Assembly (NCBI GenBank): GCA_049519235.1
Contig: JBEKQY010000004.1
Coordinates: forward strand, 1-56,606
From: Candidatus Korobacteraceae bacterium
GTDB taxonomy: Bacteria; Acidobacteriota; Terriglobia; Terriglobales; Acidobacteriaceae
Direction of reading: 5' to 3'
Length of the DNA: 56,606 bases
Shown in pieces: positions 54,212 to 56,606 of this stretch (position 1 is its first letter; every line of letters starts with the position of its first letter). Under the pieces are notes generated by a model. The model did not search any database. It was given only the letters and a program-made list of their open reading frames with translations, and had not been told where the DNA came from. Both the position numbers and the translations under genes were made by a program.

Positions 54212-55717
54212 ATGAATAACCCGTCAGCGTCTCCCACGCGTAAGCCTTCGGTCCTGCTCGACACTCGCGTTATCTACTGCGGGGACAATCTCGACCAGCT
54301 AAAGAAACTGCCTGATGCCTGCATCGATCTGATATACATTGACCCGCCGTTCAACTCGAATCGCAATTACGAAGTGTTTTGGGGAGAGACGCAAGAGCGG
54401 CGCTCGTTCGAAGATCGCCACGAATCGACGCAAGCCTATATCGACTTCATGCGCCCGCGCTGCGTCGAACTGGCGCGCGTGCTAAAGAAAACGGGCAGCT
54501 TCTACTATCACTGCGATTGGCACGCCAGCCACTACGTCAAGGTGATGCTCGACCAGATTTTCGCAGAGAGCAAGTTCATCAACGAAGTTGTTTGGAAACG
54601 CTCTGGTTCCCACAATGACGCCAAACAAGGCAGCAAGCATTACGGACGAACCCACGATGTGCTGCTGTTCTATTGCGGAGGCAGTGACAGCTACACATGG
54701 AATCAGCAATATGTCCCGCTCGATAAGAGCTACATCGAATCGCACTACTCGCAACGAGACGACGCGGGAAGGGCGTTTCAATGGACTGATCTTCGTGCTC
54801 CCGGCGGAGCAGCCCCATCGAAAGGGAATCCCCGCTACAGAGTGCTTGGCGTTGACGGCTATTGGCGGTATACGCAGGAGAAGATGGAGCAGTTTATTCG
54901 AGAGGGGCGAGTAGCCATTCCGCCAAACGGCAACGTCCCCAGATACAAGAGATTTCTCGACGAGTCTAAAGGTCTTCCAGTCGGCAGCGTGTGGGACGAC
55001 ATCAATCCCGTGAACTCACAAGCGATAGAATCTCTCGGCTATCCCACTCAGAAGCCGCTGCCATTGCTTGAACGGATAATCAAGACATCCAGCAACGAGA
55101 ACGACATCGTGCTGGACGCATTCTGCGGCTGTGGGACAGCGCTCGTTGCTGCGCAGCAGCTAGGCCGTCAATGGATAGGCATAGACATCTCCCCGACCGC
55201 TTGCCGGGTGATGGCAAAGCGTCTCCGCGACGTGTGCCGACTGCCGGAGGATGAAAAGCTCTGGCGAGTAGGGCGTGGCTTCGTGGTGCGCGATCTGCCT
55301 TGGACGGAAGAAAAGCTCCGCAGGATTCCGCCGTTCGAGTTTGAGAACTGGGCTGTTATCGCGCTTGGCGGAATCCCGAACAAAGCTCAGGTTGGCGATA
55401 TGGGCGTGGATGGCCGTATCTATCCCGTCTCAGCGATGCCACGCCAGAGCGGGAAAGCAGCCGGGGAACTCGACTTCATGGATACTTGGTATCCCGTCCA
55501 AGTGAAGCAGAAAGACAAAGCGGGCAGGCCCGACATTGATATGTTCGAGGCAGCGATGATCCGCGAGGGACGCCCGAAAGGTTTCTTCGTTTCGTTCGAG
55601 TTTTCCTCCGATGCTCTCCGCGAGGTGGGCGCGTTCTTCCGGCGAGAGCACCGCGTCATTGTGCCGCTGACGGTGCGGGAGATTCTTGATGAGTCAATCG
55701 CGCAGAAGTTGGTTTAA
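54212..55717 (+). CDS. beta-class N4/N6 DNA methyltransferase fused to a C-terminal Mrr-like restriction-endonuclease domain
   Basis: Motif IV 'DLIYIDPPFNS' precedes motif I 'VLDAFCGCGTALVAAQQLGRQWIGIDISP' (beta order, PF01555 type). The C-terminal ~130 aa 'GDMGVDGRIY...WYPVQVKQKDKAGRPDIDMF' fit the Mrr_cat D-x-G-x-D...Q-x-K pattern. Confidence 0.8.
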   Translation: MNNPSASPTRKPSVLLDTRVIYCGDNLDQLKKLPDACIDLIYIDPPFNSNRNYEVFWGETQERRSFEDRHESTQAYIDFMRPRCVELARVLKKTGSFYYHCDWHASHYVKVMLDQIFAESKFINEVVWKRSGSHNDAKQGSKHYGRTHDVLLFYCGGSDSYTWNQQYVPLDKSYIESHYSQRDDAGRAFQWTDLRAPGGAAPSKGNPRYRVLGVDGYWRYTQEKMEQFIREGRVAIPPNGNVPRYKRFLDESKGLPVGSVWDDINPVNSQAIESLGYPTQKPLPLLERIIKTSSNENDIVLDAFCGCGTALVAAQQLGRQWIGIDISPTACRVMAKRLRDVCRLPEDEKLWRVGRGFVVRDLPWTEEKLRRIPPFEFENWAVIALGGIPNKAQVGDMGVDGRIYPVSAMPRQSGKAAGELDFMDTWYPVQVKQKDKAGRPDIDMFEAAMIREGRPKGFFVSFEFSSDALREVGAFFRREHRVIVPLTVREILDESIAQKLV

Positions 55718-55764
55718 ACCCGTCCCGCGAGTTCCCGCCGCGTCCCGGCGGGATTCGCCGCAAA

Positions 55765-56589
55765 CTACAGTGGCCGACCATCTGTGAGCTGTTTTAGCCT
55801 CTCCTGACGCCACGCATTGCACCTGGGCGTGTCTATGGTGACCAACCCACTGTCCAAACTGCTTGCCACGCCCTGGAAAACTACTATGAGATTGGAGAAG
55901 TTCCAATCCGCCTGAACGGTTGTGAACCTCGCGCCCATCTTGTTCTGAACCTCGACTGGCTGCGAAACAGTGGGCTTCCCGTACTTCTCCGTCAGCTTCT
56001 TCAAGACTTCGCCAGCATTTTCGACTCCAAGCGTGTTGAACCCGATGCCTTCAAGCCTGCCGTCCAGTATTTGCCCGATTAGCGATAGACCACTGACGAT
56101 CTCTGGCCTGTCGCCGAATGGAAACTTGATCTCAATGGTCTCGTTCACTACCGGGGTGCCGTCCTTACCTTTGTCGAGTCGCTCGTAGCACCAAAGCCGG
56201 TCATTGCCACTGTAAATAAATCTGTTTCTTGAGAGTTTCGTGCGCTGGCACTCCGGCAAACTCAGGTCCGCGCCTATTTCTAGTCCGAAGACTTTGGTGT
56301 TAGTTTTAACGTCGGGGGCAGATTGTGCAACGGTGCTCTGGGTCGGTACGGCATTCGAAGGAGCCTGCCCACGCGTAAGGTCGAGAGCAAGCTTTGTACC
56401 GCGGTCGTTCGCGCAAACAAATTGTGTGAACCCTATCCGGTGGAGATTCTCCGCGAACATCGCGTGCCCAGTGACGGTGCTGTAAAAGTCCTCAACTTGC
56501 GGAGCCGGAACTGGCAGATGGTAAACCAGCACTGTACCTTCTGCCTTGACTGATGCCCCAGGAATTAGTGCACTTATCCCTTTGTTCAT
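55765..56589 (-). CDS. hypothetical protein, 274 aa
   Basis: Clean ORF with ATG at 56589. No recognisable motif. Convergent with the methyltransferase. Confidence 0.45.
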   Translation of the reverse strand: MNKGISALIPGASVKAEGTVLVYHLPVPAPQVEDFYSTVTGHAMFAENLHRIGFTQFVCANDRGTKLALDLTRGQAPSNAVPTQSTVAQSAPDVKTNTKVFGLEIGADLSLPECQRTKLSRNRFIYSGNDRLWCYERLDKGKDGTPVVNETIEIKFPFGDRPEIVSGLSLIGQILDGRLEGIGFNTLGVENAGEVLKKLTEKYGKPTVSQPVEVQNKMGARFTTVQADWNFSNLIVVFQGVASSLDSGLVTIDTPRCNAWRQERLKQLTDGRPL

Positions 56590-56606
56590 CTGTGCCGCAA
56601 ATAATT

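Larger units (their letters stand above)
52274..56606. mobile_element. edge of an integrase-bearing integrated element (continues beyond the window)
   Basis: A tRNA-like att core, arm-type-like repeats, a tyrosine integrase and restriction-modification-type cargo. The other boundary is not in the window. Confidence 0.45.

Noticed and set aside
1-56606. CRISPR arrays, rRNA genes, transposase/IS elements
   Set aside because: I found no regularly spaced short direct repeats with unique spacers, no rRNA-like conserved stretches, and no transposase-like ORF or terminal inverted repeats. The only recombinase seen is the tyrosine integrase at 52407-53558.

Overview
GC-rich, densely coding bacterial chromosomal window. 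The gene families and the GGCGCGCC-TTTA-GGCGCGCC type REP-like hairpins look Acidobacteriota-like, but that is inference only. All calls come from reading the ORF track and sequence by eye; no HMM or BLAST was possible.

Layout, left to right:
1. 90-4487: a translationally coupled three-gene operon, comprising a 786-aa unknown protein, a phosphatidylserine-decarboxylase-family proenzyme and an Lgt-like membrane protein.
2. 4507-6129: a PiT phosphate transporter.
3. 6.7-14.2 kb: a cluster whose enzyme folds match, one for one, the Campylobacter jejuni Cj1415-Cj1418 pathway that makes the activated phosphoramidate donor for O-methyl phosphoramidate (MeOPN) decoration. Here the APS-kinase-like module is fused to the glutamine-kinase-like module. 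A SAM methyltransferase and a convergent coiled-coil plus sulfotransferase-fold protein (candidate transferase) accompany it.
4. 14524-14576: a tRNA 3'-half-like 53-nt sequence, repeated at 52274-52326.
5. 14.8-20.6 kb: a winged-helix/TPR regulator, then three unrelated secreted-protein genes, each preceded by the same ~80-nt hairpin-containing leader. The third gene is truncated.
6. 20.9-27.3 kb: a NitT/TauT-type ABC importer and a DevCAB/MacB-like exporter.
7. 27.6-40.4 kb: two paralogous secreted proteins, followed by a textbook five-gene enediyne-type PKS cassette (UnbL/UnbV/UnbU/PKSE/TE). An AhpD-like gene follows, with an in-frame TGA exactly at the second Cys of its CxxCxxxH motif (candidate selenoprotein).
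8. 40.6-51.5 kb: DoxX, a LuxR-type response regulator plus propeller histidine kinase, a DUF3300/DUF2950 pair, pckA and an aminotransferase.
9. 52.3 kb to the window end: the edge of an integrase-bearing element, carrying a PD-(D/E)xK-like small ORF and a beta-class DNA methyltransferase fused to an Mrr-like nuclease domain.

No rRNA, complete tRNA or CRISPR array was seen.

The most interesting items are the phosphoramidate cluster with its candidate transferase, the enediyne-type cassette in this context, the CxxU recoding candidate, and the triplicated leader.
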